Source of the DNA: an uncultured Pseudomonadota bacterium
Lineage (GTDB): Bacteria; Myxococcota_A; Polyangia; Fen-1088
Assembly (NCBI GenBank): GCA_963847705.1
Contig: CAWKBC010000036.1
Coordinates: 1-19,421, forward strand
Length of the DNA stretch: 19,421 nucleotides
Direction of reading: 5' to 3'
Shown: in pieces, positions 19,297-19,421 of the stretch
How positions within the stretch are numbered: the stretch's first letter is position 1
Layout of the letters: each line of letters begins with the position of its first letter
Position numbers and translations under genes: made by a program
The notes under the pieces: generated by a model
Told to the model about the DNA's origin: nothing
The model's database searches: none
What the model saw: only the letters and a program-made list of their open reading frames with translations

Positions 19297-19421
19297 GGGG
19301 CGATCTCTCGCCGCCACTTTACTACTCTTTTGCCGTCGCTTGGCCGCCGCGCCGGCGGCGGAACAGCCAAACGGCCCTCCGGAAACTGAGCGCTCTTTAC
19401 TTCTGATGAGGGGCCTGGGGC

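Noticed and set aside
16678-19389. 903-aa plus-strand ORF and other long antisense or overlapping ORFs (e.g. 1186..2616, 6841..8238, 9799..10914, 14518..15705)
   Set aside because: Arg/Pro/Gly-rich shadow ORFs typical of ~70% GC DNA; they lie opposite well-supported genes and have no motifs.
19373-19415. Hammerhead-ribozyme-like words (GAAAC...CTGATGAG flanked by ggccctc/gaggggcc)
   Set aside because: Stems I and III cannot be formed, there is no suitable NUH cleavage triplet, and no C precedes GAAA to close stem II.
1-19421. CRISPR array, tRNA/rRNA, transposase or integrase
   Set aside because: No regularly spaced repeat-spacer units, structural RNA signatures or recombinase motifs were recognised.

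Overview
Very GC-rich bacterial DNA, probably Myxococcota (inferred from the TonB_C-fused TonB-dependent receptor with its lipoprotein, and the giant Ala/Arg-rich TPR protein). Left: a 5'-truncated tonB-family gene, a TonB-dependent receptor and a translationally coupled lipoprotein. Centre: a phosphate-starvation locus. It holds a PhoB/OmpR-family regulator, then a minus-strand unit (OprO/OprP-like porin, pstS and a metallophosphoesterase that the ORF track misses). That unit is divergent from pstC-pstA-pstB-phoU, and the shared ~196-bp spacer carries two outward-facing 11-bp-periodic Pho-box-like arrays. Right: a PhyH-family Fe(II)/2OG dioxygenase, a YbhN/LPG-synthase-TM membrane protein, and a ~5-kb TPR-like gene ending in a degenerate M48-like domain. 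Genes in ~2.6-7.0 kb and ~15.6-19.0 kb carry many small indels, most likely long-read consensus errors. The most unusual signal is a palindromic repeat present in two copies with a compensatory base change. One copy sits in frame inside the lipoprotein signal peptide and the other at the 3' end of the response regulator.
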